Shown here piece by piece: positions 13,240-26,975 of a stretch of DNA of 64,000 nt. Both the position numbers and the translations under genes were made by a program. The notes below the pieces were generated by a model that was given only the letters and a program-made list of their open reading frames with translations, made no database searches and had not been told where the DNA came from. Each line of letters opens with the position of its first letter. The first letter of the stretch is position 1. Origin of the DNA: the human T2T-CHM13v2.0 reference genome, Homo sapiens; the NCBI RefSeq assembly GCF_009914755.1, contig NC_060928.1. One strand, 5' to 3'.

Positions 13240-13885
13240 ATATCTCAAATATCCAAAGCAATCTTGAGCAAACACAACAAAACTAGAGGCAACACACTAC
13301 CTATTTCTGAATATACTACAAAGCTGTTGTTATCAAAACATCATGGTACTGTCATTAAAAGCAGACAGATAGACAAATGTAACAGAATGGAGAACCCAAA
13401 AATGAATATGCACATTTATGGTCAATTGATTTTCGACATAGATGCCAAGAACATAAAAGGAGGAAAGGAAAGTCTCTTCAATCAGTGATGCTGGGAAAAC
13501 TGGATATCCATGTATATAAGAATAAAATTAGACCCTTTTGCCACACCATATCATAAATCAACTCAAAATGGATTAAAGACTTAAATATAAGACCTGAAAT
13601 TGTACTATTAGAAGAAAACACAGGAGAGAAGTTTCATGAGATTGGTCTGGGCAATGATTTTTTTTTTTTAATATGACACCAAGCACAAGTAACAAAAGCA
13701 AAAATAAACGAACAGAATTACAACAAACTAAAAAGCTTCTGCACAGAAGAGGAAGCAATCAATAGAGTAAAGTGACAACCTATGAAATGGGAGAAAATAT
13801 TTGCGAGCCATATATCTGATAAAGGATTAATATCCAAAATATATAATAAATGCATACAACTAAACAGCAAGAAAACATATATATA
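13240..13885 (+). mobile_element. L1M (L1MA/MB) ORF2 fragment
   Basis: ORF peptides HIYGQLIFD...GKESLFN and WEKIFASHISDKGLISKIY. Confidence 0.85.
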
Positions 13886-13899
13886 TATATATAAAACAA

Positions 13900-14130
13900 A
13901 AAAGTCACCAAGGATAGGGAGGAAAAATGGGTTACAAACAGAAAAAAATGAACGTAACTGTATTTCGAATGAATAATATAACACCAAAGTTTTGGGATGA
14001 TGGGAAGAAATAACCTAAACAACTTCTATATGCAGTATTTTGATTCTGTGTCTTCAGGTGAGAGTAACAACTATTGTACTCAAGTTGGTAGATTTGTTCT
14101 TACCATGATATGGATTAGCGGTTTCTAAGT
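13900..14130 (+). mobile_element. L1MC-type 3'UTR fragment
   Basis: aaatgaacgtaactgtatttcgaatgaataatataac motif. Confidence 0.55.
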
Positions 14131-14774
14131 TTGGGAAAGAAAATGTTTAGCAGCTGGTCTGTGATCAACTTATCTGTCATTACCAGGAAGGAAAGAAATA
14201 AATAAATAAGATCTAATCTCTTGGCAAACATGTTGATAAGAGATGTATGGTTTATCTATGGAATCTATGGAATGATTTAACAAGAAGTCTCTGGTTAATG
14301 ATTGCTTATGGGAAATAAATCTAGAATCTATAAATTGATGTGGCAGTGCTTCCTGAAAAATAATCTATGTAAATATTTGAGTATAATATGGCAATGTTTC
14401 ATAACCAAAAATGCTCCCTGCTGTGTAAGTTAGGAGACTATTCGTAGTTAGTAATATTATACTTTTTTCCAATAATGGATATTGAATTGATATATATAAT
14501 GGGAAAAATTCGTTGGATTCTCAATATAATTAAAACATTGGGTCATAAATAGATTCCCCACCATGACCTATGCCAAAACTTGAGAAACACTATTTTACTG
14601 TCTTAAATTTAACAATGTTGATATGTTTCCTGTTTACTTTATAGCTGATTTTCTAGGTAATATAGCTTTGATATATAAGCCTCTGTAATTATAAAATTGT
14701 TAACCAAAAATGTAATGATGTCTAAGATGTGAGTTGCTGGCTCACAGTTAAGCATTCTAAAGGAGAACTAAAGT

Positions 14775-15450
14775 CACGGATCTCCAACCTGTTACACATT
14801 AGAATTGCCTGAAACATTTTGGAAGCTATACTGATAACCAAAATTTTAATTATCTTTTTTTGTATTAAAAATTATTCCAACACTTAGTGGTTTAAAACAA
14901 TGCCGATTTGTATCTTACAATTTTACAGGTACAGAATCAAGCAAGAATTGGCTAGGTGATTCTTCTGCTACACCTGGCTAGGCTTGGCCGAAGCTCAGGG
15001 ACAGCTCCTCTCATATGCCTGGTACCTTGTGGATATCTGGAAAACTGAATTCATCAAGGCCCCTTTCCCTCAGTATGTATTCTCAAACCTTTCTATAGTG
15101 TCTCTCCAGCAGGCTAATTAAAGCCTCTTAAATGGAGGTTCAGGGCTCCAAATGCTAGTGTTTCAAAAGTCCTAGAAAGTAGTAGAAGACTTTCTGTGAC
15201 ATAGCCACAGAAGTCCCAGAAGATTACTCTGCCACAATTAAATAAGTCACTAAGGCTGGCCCAGATTCAAGGGGAGGACAATTACACTCTATGGCACAAA
15301 AGGAGTAGCAAAGAATTTGCAACGTCTTTAATCTACTACATAGGCATCACCTGAGACCAATTAAGTCAGAATCTCTAAGGATGGAGTTTCGCATCAGTAT
15401 CGTTTTAAAGCTCTTTGATTCTAATTTGCACCTAAGGCTGAGAATTCCTG
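14775..15450. mobile_element. MER5A-like hAT element split by an MLT1 LTR
   Basis: Halves at 14775-14840 and 15341-15450 (cagaatctct...gcatcagt); flanking direct repeat aactaaagt at 14766-14774 and 15451-15459. Confidence 0.7.
14845..15340 (-). mobile_element. MLT1H-like MaLR LTR
   Basis: acttagtggtttaaaacaa...cccagattcaaggggagg...tttaatctactaca. Confidence 0.75.
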
Positions 15451-16174
15451 AACTAAAGTAAATGGCACTAGTAATTTCCAAGTCATTATTCCATTTAACT
15501 TCTAAAAATAGTTTATTTCCTATTTTTGCAAAGCAGCCACCCTGATGAAAACGAATAATGTGTGCAACACTTGAGCTACATTAATTTTTATACACACAAA
15601 AAAATGTTGCTAATCCAACCTCAGGAGACAGGACTATTTAAGATAATTTTTCAACATTTGTGAAAGATTTGTGTTGATTTATGCCATCTTTGCTTTCCAG
15701 GTGTTTCTTATAAGGGATTTGACTCATTAGCAGTTTTCTAATCAGTTAAGATGTTTACAAATATATTAATCTCATCTGTAACCACCCTCCTTGAGGAACC
15801 AATCCATGTTGCCAAATTCCATAGCTTTTCAAAATCCGCACTATTTACTTTTTCAATTCTATCCCCCTCACTACTCATCGAGCACTTTGCATTCCATTCA
15901 CAATGAACTCTCCACTATCACTTTGCAAGGTTCAAATATCTCTATATATGCATTTACCCAATATTCTGAATGTCCTCCACATCCAGCTTCTATGACCTCA
16001 ACCTCTATACCAACCATCTGTTGATGCATGCTTTAAAATTAAGATCAACATATTTTAAATGTGTGATGCAAAATACTACACTGTCCTAGAAGAAACCAAA
16101 TTAGTTTTTGAAGTCAGAGAATACTTCCTAAGTAATTGGTATTTAAGGTGAGTTCTGAGAGATAAGTGGTGATT

Positions 16175-16650
16175 TACCAGACTATAACAGAGGCCAAAAT
16201 ATCAGCATCTTAGACAAAAGTTTACTTCTCGGTCACATAGCAAACTAAGCATAAGCAATCCAAGACTGATCTGTTGGCTTCATGAAACTAGGAACACAGG
16301 CTTCTTTTTGCTTGTTGCTGTGCTGTGTTCAAGAAGTAGCTTTTATCTCATTGTCTATGATGACTCTTGCAGCCCCTACATCTTGTTTCAAGCTGGAGGT
16401 GAGGAGAGAAGTGGAGGTCATACTCCTCCCCTTTTATGACTACCACCTGGAAATTGCACACCTCACTTCTACTTACATCCTATTGTCTAGAACCTAGTCA
16501 CAAGGCCTTTTGTAGTTCCCATACAAAAGATACTGGGAAATAAAGTATTTAGCTGGGAGGCCAGGTGCCCAGGTAAAGCTCTAGAGTTCTATTTAATAAA
16601 GGAAGAAGCAGAGAGGGACAACCAACAGAATGTGAAAAGTCTCTGACAAA
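16175..16650 (-). mobile_element. MLT1J-like MaLR LTR
   Basis: cacttctacttacatcctattgtctagaacctagtcacaaggcc...ctgggaaataaagtatttagctggg. Confidence 0.7.
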
Positions 16651-17329
16651 AGAAAGAATATGGTGAATCATAGGAACTGAGAAAAATCCAGTAAGGGATC
16701 AGTCACAGGTGTGATGACAATAGAGCAAGCAGCAACAGACAACAGAATCTCACGGAACTGATTCCAACTCTTGATTTCTAACTTGTTAAGTTTTCTGGTT
16801 TGAAATTTCAATTATCTTCCAGTCCTGAAGTCCAGGCTCGAATCCCAGTTACCTTCCCCATGATAAATGTCCTGCCTCTACCCCAATCTGGCAGTTAAGC
16901 TTCACTTTATTGATAAATCACCGGTTATAACCCAATTTTGCATCTGGCATCCCTGGATATCATTATTCTTACCTGGCCTCCTGACGCCACCTAATCCACC
17001 TGATTAGGAAAATTTTCGGAGAAGGAGTTGTGGCCTAGGAGAATATATTGAAAATTGCTATCTACATATTACTCCATTTGAGTTACACTGGCTATCCATA
17101 ATTCAGGGCAATGGATTTAGAGTTGTAAATAGACTAATTATCACCCACATTTTAACATCCCATTACATAAGATCAAGAATCAGCATAGAGAATTCCATAC
17201 CCTGGCTCATGCCTCTCTACTAAAAATGTGCTGTAGGTGCTGCTTGACTTTTAGAACTAAAGATGGGTAATTCTAAGAAAACAATAATTACAGAAAGATC
17301 TTCCAGGTGATCAGATTGAAAGAATCATA

Positions 17330-18230
17330 AATAACATCCAAGTTTGGTTATATTTTGAAGAAAATTATCCATGATTCCTCAACATAGAAATAACCAGTAT
17401 TTTGGTATATTTTCTTCTAACCTATTTAGGTTAGAAGGCATGCTTTTTTTACATAAGTAAAATCATGCCTCATGTATATTTTTGTATACAGATTTTTTTA
17501 AAGCATTTTCTCATATCTTAAAAGATTCTGAGGATATCTTTGAGGTGCACATAGGAACCTATCTTTTTAATATGCTTTAACTTATTAATCTGTTTCTTGA
17601 TTATTGGACACTGATGCAGTTTCAGTGCTTTTATTGAAATTCATACTCTAATAATCATTCATCTTTGGATATAAATCTGTATAAAACAATGTTCCTAATT
17701 GTTTGCTGGAATTGTTGGGTTTAATGAATAATACATTTCATTTTTAAAGGTTTTATCAGTTTATACCCAAATAAAAAGTATATAAAGTGAATTTTTCATT
17801 ATGACTTCATCACTATTACTTTTGTAAATAGTTCCTAATTAGATGGGTAAAAAATAATATCCCATTGTCTTAATTTACATATTTTATGTTGGTAATGAGA
17901 TTAGGCTTTTGGGGGTTTTTAATATATTTAAGGTTTATATATGTGTTTGATCTATGAGCTGTATATTTGATACCCATCTTTTAGGCTGGACCTTGCAGGT
18001 GGTGGGGTTCTTTGAGAGCTATTTATTTTGTCATCTTTTGTTGCAAATATGGCTGAGTTTCTAATTTCCATTTTAATTGGGTTTATGGGGCTTTTAATAT
18101 GAAGAAATTGTTAACTACTGTGTGGCCAAGCCTATGAATTTTTATCTTTGTGATTTTTTTCATTTGCTTTAGCAAATCTTTTTCCATTTGGAAATAAGTA
18201 TTACTTATATATTATGTAGAATTTAAAAAA
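17330..18230 (-). mobile_element. Highly decayed L1ME fragments
   Basis: T-rich antisense L1 motifs (ttgctggaattgttgggt; atatcccattgtcttaatttacat). Confidence 0.45.
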
Positions 18231-18234
18231 TCGT

Positions 18235-18819
18235 TTTTTTATTTTTAATTAATTTTTACTTAAAATTGACACAAAATAATTGTACATATTTATGGGGTAT
18301 AGTGGGATGTTTCAATGCATGCATACATTGTATAATGATAAAATCAGGGTAATTACCATATCTATAATTTTAAACATTTATCATTTATTCCTGGTAACAA
18401 CATTCACAATCTTTTAGCTATTTTGAAATAAATACTACACTGTTATTTGCTGTAGTCACCCTACTGTGTAATAGAACACCAGAACTTATTCTTCCTGTTT
18501 AGTTGTGACTTTGTACTCCTTTATACTCAATGACCAACCTCTCCCAGTCCGCCTTCCTCTCTATCTTCCCTAGTCTCTGGTAACCACCATTCTATTCTGT
18601 TCTTCTATGAAATCAACTTTTTAGATTCAACATGACTGAGATCATGTGATGTTTGTCTTTCTGTGCCTGGCTTATTTCACTTAACATAGTGTCTTCCAGG
18701 TTCAACCATGTTGCCACAAATGAGAGGATTTCATTCTGTTTTATGGATGAATAGTATTTGATTTTGTGTGTATATATACATCTACAGATAAATGGATAAT
18801 GAAATGTTATGCACACACA

Positions 18820-18851
<32 letters not shown>

Positions 18852-19212
18852 GTATAAAACATTTCTTTATCTGTAGATTGTCATTTAAGTTGATTTCATA
18901 TCTTGGCTATTGTGAATAGCACTGCAATAAACAGAGTGTAGATATCTCTTGGTCATATGATTTCTTTTCCTTTGGACATATATCCAGTACTGAAATTGCT
19001 GGATCATATGGTAGTTCTATTTTTAATTTTTTGAGGACCTTCCATGCTATTTTTCATAATGGCTGGAGTAATGTACATTTTTACCAGTAATATATAAGAG
19101 TTCTCTTTTCTCCATATCCTTGCCAGTATTTGTTATTTTTTGTCTTTTTGATAACAAGCATTCTAATTTGGGTGATGCGGTATCTTGCTATGGTTTTGAT
19201 TTGCATTCCCTT
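18235..19212 (-). mobile_element. L1MA (MA5/6-like) 3' end with internal (CA)n at ~18812-18842
   Basis: ORF 18613-18843 peptide NEILSFVATWLNLEDTMLSEISQAQKDK; L1MA 3'UTR. Confidence 0.85.
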
Positions 19213-19509
19213 TTTAGCATTTAACTCTGAAACACCTGCAATTTACTTCTGGTGAATGTGGAAGTTGATTTTTGGCATCAATTCAGTTTTCAATTTCAAT
19301 TTTCCCCTTGGCTAATGTAATTTTTAATGTACATAAGCAGTAAGAAAATATTATTGCCTCAAAATTATAGAACTGATAAGGTAGACTTTGAAAGCAATGA
19401 CACAAGCTAAGGCAGAGTGAAAGACCTTGAAGATCTCTCAGGAAAGCTTAGCCATCACCAATAAAAAGTATTGGTTGGGGCTGTTGTTTAGGGAGTTTTA
19501 AAGTCCAGG

Positions 19510-19952
19510 CCTGGAGCACATTATGCTAAGTAGGATAAGCCAGACACAGAAAGATAAATACTGCAAGATCTCAATTATTTGCAGCAACTAAGAATGTCAA
19601 ATTCATAGAAGTGGAGAGTAGAATGGTAGTTACCAGGGCTGGGAGTGGAGGAAATGAGATGTTGGTTAACGGTCACAAAGTTTTGTTATGTGAGATGAGT
19701 ACGTTCAAGAGATCTAATGTACAGCATGGTTGACTATAGTTAATAATACCATGTGATATACTTGAAGTTTGCTAAGAGAGCAGATCTTTAGTATTCTTAC
19801 CACACATACAAAAAGGTAACCAAGTAAGGAGATAGATACGTTAATTAGCTTGACTATAGTAATCATTACTCCATGTTTACGTATACCAAAACATCACATT
19901 GTACACTTGATACATACACAATTTTTATTTATAAAAATAAAAATTAAATAAA
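19510..19952 (+). mobile_element. L1MA8/9-like 3' end
   Basis: attatgctaagtaggataagccagacacagaaagataaatactgc...A-rich tail. Confidence 0.85.
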
Positions 19953-20479
19953 CTATTAAGTCCATCTATTCCCCAAGGGGATCACAAAACATAGAGCTGC
20001 TTTATATGAAAACTACATGTTCTATTAATTTGAACTATTTTAGATGTAGGAGTCTGAACTATGTCACAAAGTTGCTTCAATTTTCTAATTCACTTAGTCT
20101 GTATAAATGCAGCTTGAGAACAGTCCCTGGCTTCTCTATGCTAGTGGTTTATGCTAGTGGCATGGCAAGATAAAGATGATCATTTATTGCTAGTACTTCT
20201 AGGCATAATTTCACAATAACAACTATGAAAGGAATAAAAATCAAACAGAAATAAATATTTCTCTCCCTATGCCCTATAAAAATTGTACCTATTGCAAAAT
20301 GGATGCCTAAAATACATTCAGGGAAGAAACCACATGAATTATTCTTAACCCAGAAAGAAAGCTATCCATAAAGGGGAATATTCCCTTCTTTTTAACCTGT
20401 GTTACTTTGTGATAATAACCTCAAAATTCCAATTTTGTCTTTACTGGATTAAAAGAACAGCAAGTCTTAAGACAAGTTT

Positions 20480-20800
20480 AAAAGCAGAACCTCAAACAGT
20501 ATTCTTGTAAAAATAATTTATTGTTGGAGGTCAAAAGGGGACTTATGGGAGTCCCTAGCAGGCAGAAAAGCTAAGCTAGGAGATGGTCTTGGCTGGAGAC
20601 GAGCTTCAGTCTGATTCCATTGGAAGCTCAAGGGCGTGAATTTCACAACAGAGCTGCTGCCAACTTGAGGTAAGGGAGCCAGTCATTGGCTGTGGGCTAG
20701 GTAGCAGCTGTGATCCCTTTAAACAGTCACCTACGTATGTAGGAGCCACAAAATGGGACAACAGCACCCCACTGCCACTACCACAGCCTCCTAGCCACAC
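20480..20800 (-). mobile_element. LTR16-like ERVL LTR fragment
   Basis: gcagaacctcaaacag...tttattgttggaggtc; cagtcattggctgtgggct. Confidence 0.45.
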
Positions 20801-21095
20801 TCACTTTTTCCTGGGCCTGGAAAGTCCTCCCTTTCCTAACTCCCATGTTATCTACTAAGTGAAGTCTTTTCCAACCTCCTACAAACATCCCCAACTCCCT
20901 TGCTCTTTTTGTGTGTGATCTCGCTATACTCTTTTGTAATATTTATGACATCATATTGGAGCAATCTGTCTACATGTCTTTCCTTTCCTCCTGAGAATGC
21001 CTGAAAGAAAGCAATTATGACATTTATTTTCATGTGCCCAGTGCTTGGGAGAGTGCCTAATACATAACTGGTATTCAATAAATCTTGGTAATTCA
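20800..21095 (+). mobile_element. L2 3' end
   Basis: cccagtgcttgggagagtgcctaatacataactggtattcaataaat. Confidence 0.7.
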
Positions 21096-21469
21096 AAACT
21101 TCTAAATATAAAACCAAGAGTTAAATTATAATGCTGCATAACTGGGTATCCAGTGATAAAATTTAGACAGCAGCAAATGCAGCAGAATTGCCTTTGAGTG
21201 TCTTGAGTGCTAGAGTGTCAATGGTGGTCAGACTCCAGTACTTACCCTATCTTAGTTCTTTTCTGTTGTTAGATCCATAACTCAGTTATCTGTAAGGATT
21301 CTCAATCATCTCCTTAAAGCAATGGAGCTGCCGCACTATATACCCCAAATAATCTCTCACTGACAAACTAGCAGTATTAGAAATACCTGCTGCTGCTCCA
21401 TACCCCATGGCCCAATTCCCTATGCTCTTCATCTCAAAATTTCATGAGAAATTCAGGATACCAATTTAT

Positions 21470-22110
21470 ATAAGTTAGGCACTACTGCAAAATAAATCAT
21501 TTCAAGACTCAGTGGCTTAAAACAAAAATTATTAATTCTCATGAACACATTTACAGATAAGCTAAAAGTCAGCTGATCTGGGCCTATTTTGGCTGGGAGT
21601 CTTTGCTTCCAGCTGCTGGTGTACCTATCTCAACTCTTTATTATGGGTCAATTTCATTTTCTTCTCCACTTATGTTCCTTCTCATTTGCTTTGTAAATTG
21701 TTTAGCCCCCAGCAACCCCCGCCCCCAAAACCTGTACGTGTGATAAGGTCTACAAAGCAGTAGCATGTTCTAGAAAAAACTCTGCTAGTTGTGGAGTCAG
21801 AAAATACTTTCCTAAGGAATTGGTATTTAAGCTGAGGCCTGAGAGAAACTCTTAGCAAGAACAAAAATGAGGAAAGGGAATACTAGGCATGAGAAATCTT
21901 ATTTTAGTTAGGATATGGTTTAACCTCTGAAACAGAGACCAAAACCACAGTGGTTTACACAGGATTAAAGTTTATTTCTCAATCATGTAACCATCTGGGT
22001 AAAACAGATCAAGGCTGTTATGACGGCTCCATGGTACCAGGGATTTAAGCTTTTCTCATCTTTTTGCTCAGTCGTCTTCAACATGCAGCTTCCGTTCCAT
22101 GGGCAAGGTT
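21470..22110 (-). mobile_element. Two MLT1 LTR fragments (~21470-21680 and ~21900-22110)
   Basis: ctcagtggcttaaaacaa; acagtggtttacacaggattaaagtttatttctc. Confidence 0.55.
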
Positions 22111-22195
22111 ACACTTGTCCACATAAAGCTGGTAAATTGTGTGTCACAGCTGATATCATACTTACAAGAAATCCTTTATCTGATTGTTTCATGTT

Positions 22196-22604
22196 TAATA
22201 TAATTTGGATATTTGTCCACCAAATCTCATGTTGAATTATAATCCCCAATGCTGGATCTGGGGCCTGGTAGGACGTGTTTGAATCATGGGGGCAGATCCC
22301 TTATGGCTTGGTGCTATCTTCGTAATAGTGAGTTCTCGTGAGATCTGGTCATTTAAAACTGTGTGGCACCTCCCCCCACACTCTCTCTTGCTTGCTCCTG
22401 CTTTCATCATGTGACGTGCCTCGTCTCCCTTCACCTTCTGCTGTGAGTGAAAGCTTCCTTAGGCCTCCCTAGATTTCAAGCAGATCCCAGCACCATGCTT
22501 CCTATAAAGCCTGTGGAACTGTGAGCCAATTAAACCTCTTTTGTCTATAAACCACCCAGTCTCAGGTATTTCTTTACAAGGCAATACAAGAGCAGCCTAA
22601 GACA
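22196..22604 (+). mobile_element. MSTA-type MaLR solo LTR
   Basis: ccaaatctcatgttgaattataatcccc...gagccaattaaacctctttt; 5-bp TSD atgtt/gtgtt. Confidence 0.9.
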
Positions 22605-22849
22605 GTGTTGCTCAATAATAAACTGCAAGTACAAGTACAGAAACTTTCTGCTCCAACTACACAGACTTAATGCAGAAACCTATTGCATATTTCCTCTGCT
22701 TCTGCTATGTCTGCTCTTATTTATAATATCACAATGTGGAAAAGAGGGAATATTGAAAAAGTGTAGTTCTCCTGGAACATAAACATACTCCTAACTTCTA
22801 AATTCTGTCTATCATTTGAAATTCTTGGGGACTACATGGCTGCATATAC

Positions 22850-23125
22850 CACGTGTCATCTCTAGCCCAACTTATTGTAGTAAATATTTCCTAAATAACC
22901 TTCTTTCCCCCAGGCAATCTTTATGCCATTATTCTGGTTCACTGCCTTCATTGCAGTCATCACTATTTGAAACTATCATGTTTATTTATTGTATTCATTT
23001 GCTGCCAGAAAGTAATTTCCATAAAACACAAATTTTGCTTACCTTGTATCACTGTATATCAAATGCCTTGGATTATGCCAGGCATAAAATGCACATTTGA
23101 CAAGTATTTGTTCAATGGATGATAT
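22850..23125 (+). mobile_element. L2 3' fragment
   Basis: cactgtatatcaaatgccttggattatgccaggcataaaatgcacatttgacaagtatttgttcaatgga. Confidence 0.6.
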
Positions 23126-24134
23126 CCAGGGTTTATGCATATGGGGTATAATTGTCAGAGAATGAGTTATGAACTGGCAAGGTGCTCTACAATTATTGTT
23201 AGTATAGTTGAGTTATACAAAGTAGATTTTCAAAATACAGAGCAATTGACTTAGAATTGTAAAGAGGATATGTAATTACCAACTACATCTTGTATCCAAT
23301 CTCTTAATATCAAAAATAATTAAAGTTTCATTTCCACCCTTGCATCTCTCTCCCAAAGATAAGTACTTATTCCTTCCCAGCTTAGAACTAGAACTGGATG
23401 ACTCAGAGGAAACAAGAAATAATTACAAAAAATAACTTCAGGGTGATCTATATTAGAAAATCAGAAATAACGTTTAGGTTTTGAAAAAAACAGGAAATGT
23501 TCTATTTTCAATTTTTTTTTTTTTTTGCTTCAGAGTTTCAAAATATTTACAAGCCTCTAAATCTAGAATAAAGCTTAGTTACCTTGACTCATGTAGCAGC
23601 ACTTTCAATGTGGACTTTTTCCTTTTTAAAAATATATTTTCATTTTAATTAAAAATTATTATGTAAACTTTAAAAACTCATTTAAATTTTCAAAATAGTT
23701 CATTTTGAGATTATTAAAGAAACACTGAAAAAGCAAATGAAATCATCCACAACCACCAAAAAAAAGTTACCTGCTATTAACCTTAAGGCAAATTTACTTC
23801 TAAGTCTTTTGCAAAATGTTTCATAGAATCCTAACTTAACAGAATATTATTTACTAATTTTATAATTTTTCTCATGTCTTTAAATTATTTTAAGAATGAC
23901 TTCAGAGGCTATGTAATACTTTATCACTTGAGTTTATCGTAATTTACTAATTGTTGAACAAGAACATTGTTTTGATGATTTGTATATAAATAACACTGCA
24001 ACAATTACATTTGATATAAATTTCCACCATATTGCTATAATTTTCTTTATAGAAATGAATTATTAGGTTGATGATTATATAAATGAGTGTTTATATATTG
24101 ATAAGTATTTTTTCCTTAGCAGTTCATTCATTGC

Positions 24135-25425
24135 TCAATTTTATATTGATACATAATGGTTGTACATATTTATGGAGTACATACAATATGTATGTAACAT
24201 GTAATGATCAAGTCAGGGTAATTGAGATATCTATTACCTCAAACATTTATTATTTCTTTGTGCTGGGAAAATCTCAAACCTTGTCTTCTAGTTATTTGGA
24301 AAAATACTATAAATTCTTGTTAATTATAGTTGCCCTACTGTATTATCAAACACTAGAACTTACTCCTTCTAACTGTATTTTTGTACCCATTAACCAGCCT
24401 CTCCTTATCTCCCCCTCTGCTTTCCCTTCCCAGCCTCTGGTAACCATCATTCGACTTTTTGCCTCCAGTATGTCAACTTTTTTAGCTCCCACATGAGTGA
24501 GGATGTTTGATATTTGTCTTTCTGTGTCTGTTTTACTTGACATAAGGTCCTCCAGGTTTATCCATATTGCTGCAAATGACATGATTTCATTTTTTAAATG
24601 GCTGAATAATATTTCATTATGTGTACGTACCACATTTTCTTTCATCCATTAATGGGCACGGGCACTTAGTTTGATTCCACATTTTGGCTATTGTGAATAG
24701 TGCTGCAATAACCATTGGAGAGAAGACATCTCTTCGACTTATTAATTTCCTTTCTTTTAGATATATATCCAGTGGTGGGATTGTTGGATCATATGGTAGT
24801 TCCTTTTGTAGGTTTTGAGGAACCTCCATACTGTTTTCCATAGTGGCTGGGCTAATTTACATTCCCACAAACAACCTATGAGCGTTTCTCTTTCTCTGCC
24901 CCCTTGCCAGTATCTATTTTCTGTCTTTTAAAACTTTTAATTTTTAATTATTATGTGTATATATTTAGGAGGTACATGTAATGATTTGATACAGGCATGC
25001 AAAGTGTAATAATCACATCAGGGTAACTGGGGTATCCACCACATCAAGCACTTCTCATTTCTCTGTGTTATTTTCTGTCTTTTTTGTAATAGCCATTTTA
25101 ACTGGGGTGAGATGATATCTTATTGTGGTTTTGATTTCCATTTCCCTGATGATTAGTGAGGATGAACAGTTTTTCATAAACCAGCAGTTATATGAGCAGT
25201 TTTCATATACTGGAATCAACAGGTATATGAAAAAATGTGTTTCTTTTGAAAGAAGACATACAAATATTTATTCGGATCTTTTGTCCTTTTAAAAATCAGA
25301 TTATTTGTTTCGCTTTTGAGATATTACAGTTCCTTATATATTCTGGTTATTAATCTCTTGTTGAATCTATAGTTTGCAAAAATTTTCTCCCATTCTGTAG
25401 GCTGTCTCTTCACTATGTTGATTTA
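24135..25425 (-). mobile_element. L1MA (MA4/5-like) 3' portion
   Basis: ORFs 24346-24645 and 24617-24841 give the ORF2 C-terminus (ELPYDPTIP; AALFTIAKMWNQTKCP). Confidence 0.9.
24930..25068 (-). mobile_element. Very short L1MA2/3-like 3' end inserted into the L1MA
   Basis: Perfect 15-bp TSD tattttctgtctttt at 24915-24929 and 25069-25083. Confidence 0.85.
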
Positions 25426-26771
25426 ATTTCCCGTTTTTTACCAGCAGTTTATGAGTATTTAAGAGAAACCTAATTAGCATATTATTTTTCTTAAGATGTT
25501 TCCCAAACTGTTATGTGAAAATGACATTTCATTGTTTTAACTTGCAATGTTTGCATAGATATTAATGTTTAGTTTTTATATTTTTTTCATATATTTGTTA
25601 ACATTTTTTTCTCTGAGTGGTACACATAGTGCTCATTTTAAGTTGTGTCTCAGAGGTTCTTTGTATTGCATTTGTACACCTTTTTGTTTAAAACTAAAAT
25701 ATAGGTACACAAGAGAACCTACATGAAATGAAGGTAGAACTTAATAAATTATCATCGGGCAAAGACTCTTGCATAACTATGACCCAGGTGAAGAAACAGA
25801 AGGTCTTTAGTTCTTGCCACTCAGAAGTCACTCCATGTCCTCCATCCCAGTCACAATCCCCTTCTATCAAAAAGTGACCAATATCCTGTGCATGCCCAGG
25901 ATCTAACTCTGCCATGTCTAACAGAAATTGCATGCTCCCAGGCTAAAAGATAAATGATTAAAGTTGTACCATGCTGGGAGATGTTGGAGCATCAGCCCAG
26001 CTAGTATGGAGAGACCACACCAAGTGCCTTGGGCATTTAGTTGAGATAACAAAAAGGCCACTGTGTGGAAGTCAGAATTATGCCCTGGCATAAGAGTCAT
26101 GTGTTAAGATGAAATAAAAAAAGCACTCTCTCGCCCTAACAAAGAAAAAATACCAAGCTTGACAAGACCCGGAATAAGTGAAAATTTAACTAACCACCAG
26201 AAATAAGGTAAATACCCTTAAAAGAGAATGCATAATTCATACTCATAGCAATGTATCATGTACAGTGAACATTGTACAATCAGGAATTACTAGATACACC
26301 AAAAAGGATAAACCTAGTGCATAAGAAAAACTGCCAGACAGTAAAGACATACCCCTTAAATTTATACAAATAAAGAAACAAAAAAGAAAGGCACAAATAT
26401 GACCCAAATATTGAAATTACTGGTAAAATAAATTAAAGCACCTATTGCAAATATATTCTGATACCTAAAGGAAACTATGGTCATGCTGAAAGCAGATAAA
26501 TATTCTTAGCAAATAAAAGCAATTCATAAAAAAGAACTGAATGAAAATTTTAGAACCAAGAGTACAATATCTGAAATTAAAATTTCACAGGATGGGTTTA
26601 AAAGAAGATTTAACATAGCATATAAAAGGAACAGAAAATTTGAAGACAGATCAACAAAAAGCATCCAATCTAAAGAACAGATAGAAAAAAAAAAAGGAAC
26701 AGACCATCCGTGACTATTTAATCAATATCAAGCTCTCTAACAGAATTAAATTTTCAGAAGAAAAGATGCGG

Positions 26772-26975
26772 AAAGGTCCATGTGGAGAGCAACCAACAGC
26801 CAGTACAAACTTGCCATCTATCTATGTGAGTGAGCCATCTTGAAAATCAATCCTCCAGTCCTAGTCAAGCCACATCAACAGATGTGGTGTGAGTAGAGAC
26901 TGGCAGCTCCTGCTTGAGCCCTGCCAAAATTTCAGATTCTTGAGCAAAACAAATGATAGTTGTTGTTTAAAGCCA
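26772..26975 (+). mobile_element. MLT1G/H-like LTR fragment
   Basis: tgtgagtgagccatcttg...gagccctgccaaaatttcagattcttgagcaaaac...ttgtttaaagcca. Confidence 0.7.

Noticed and set aside
16968-17012. 27-nt minus-strand exon-like segment overlapping the hairpin cctaatc-cacct-gattagg
   Set aside because: Short, no recognisable peptide or clear branch point; insufficient support
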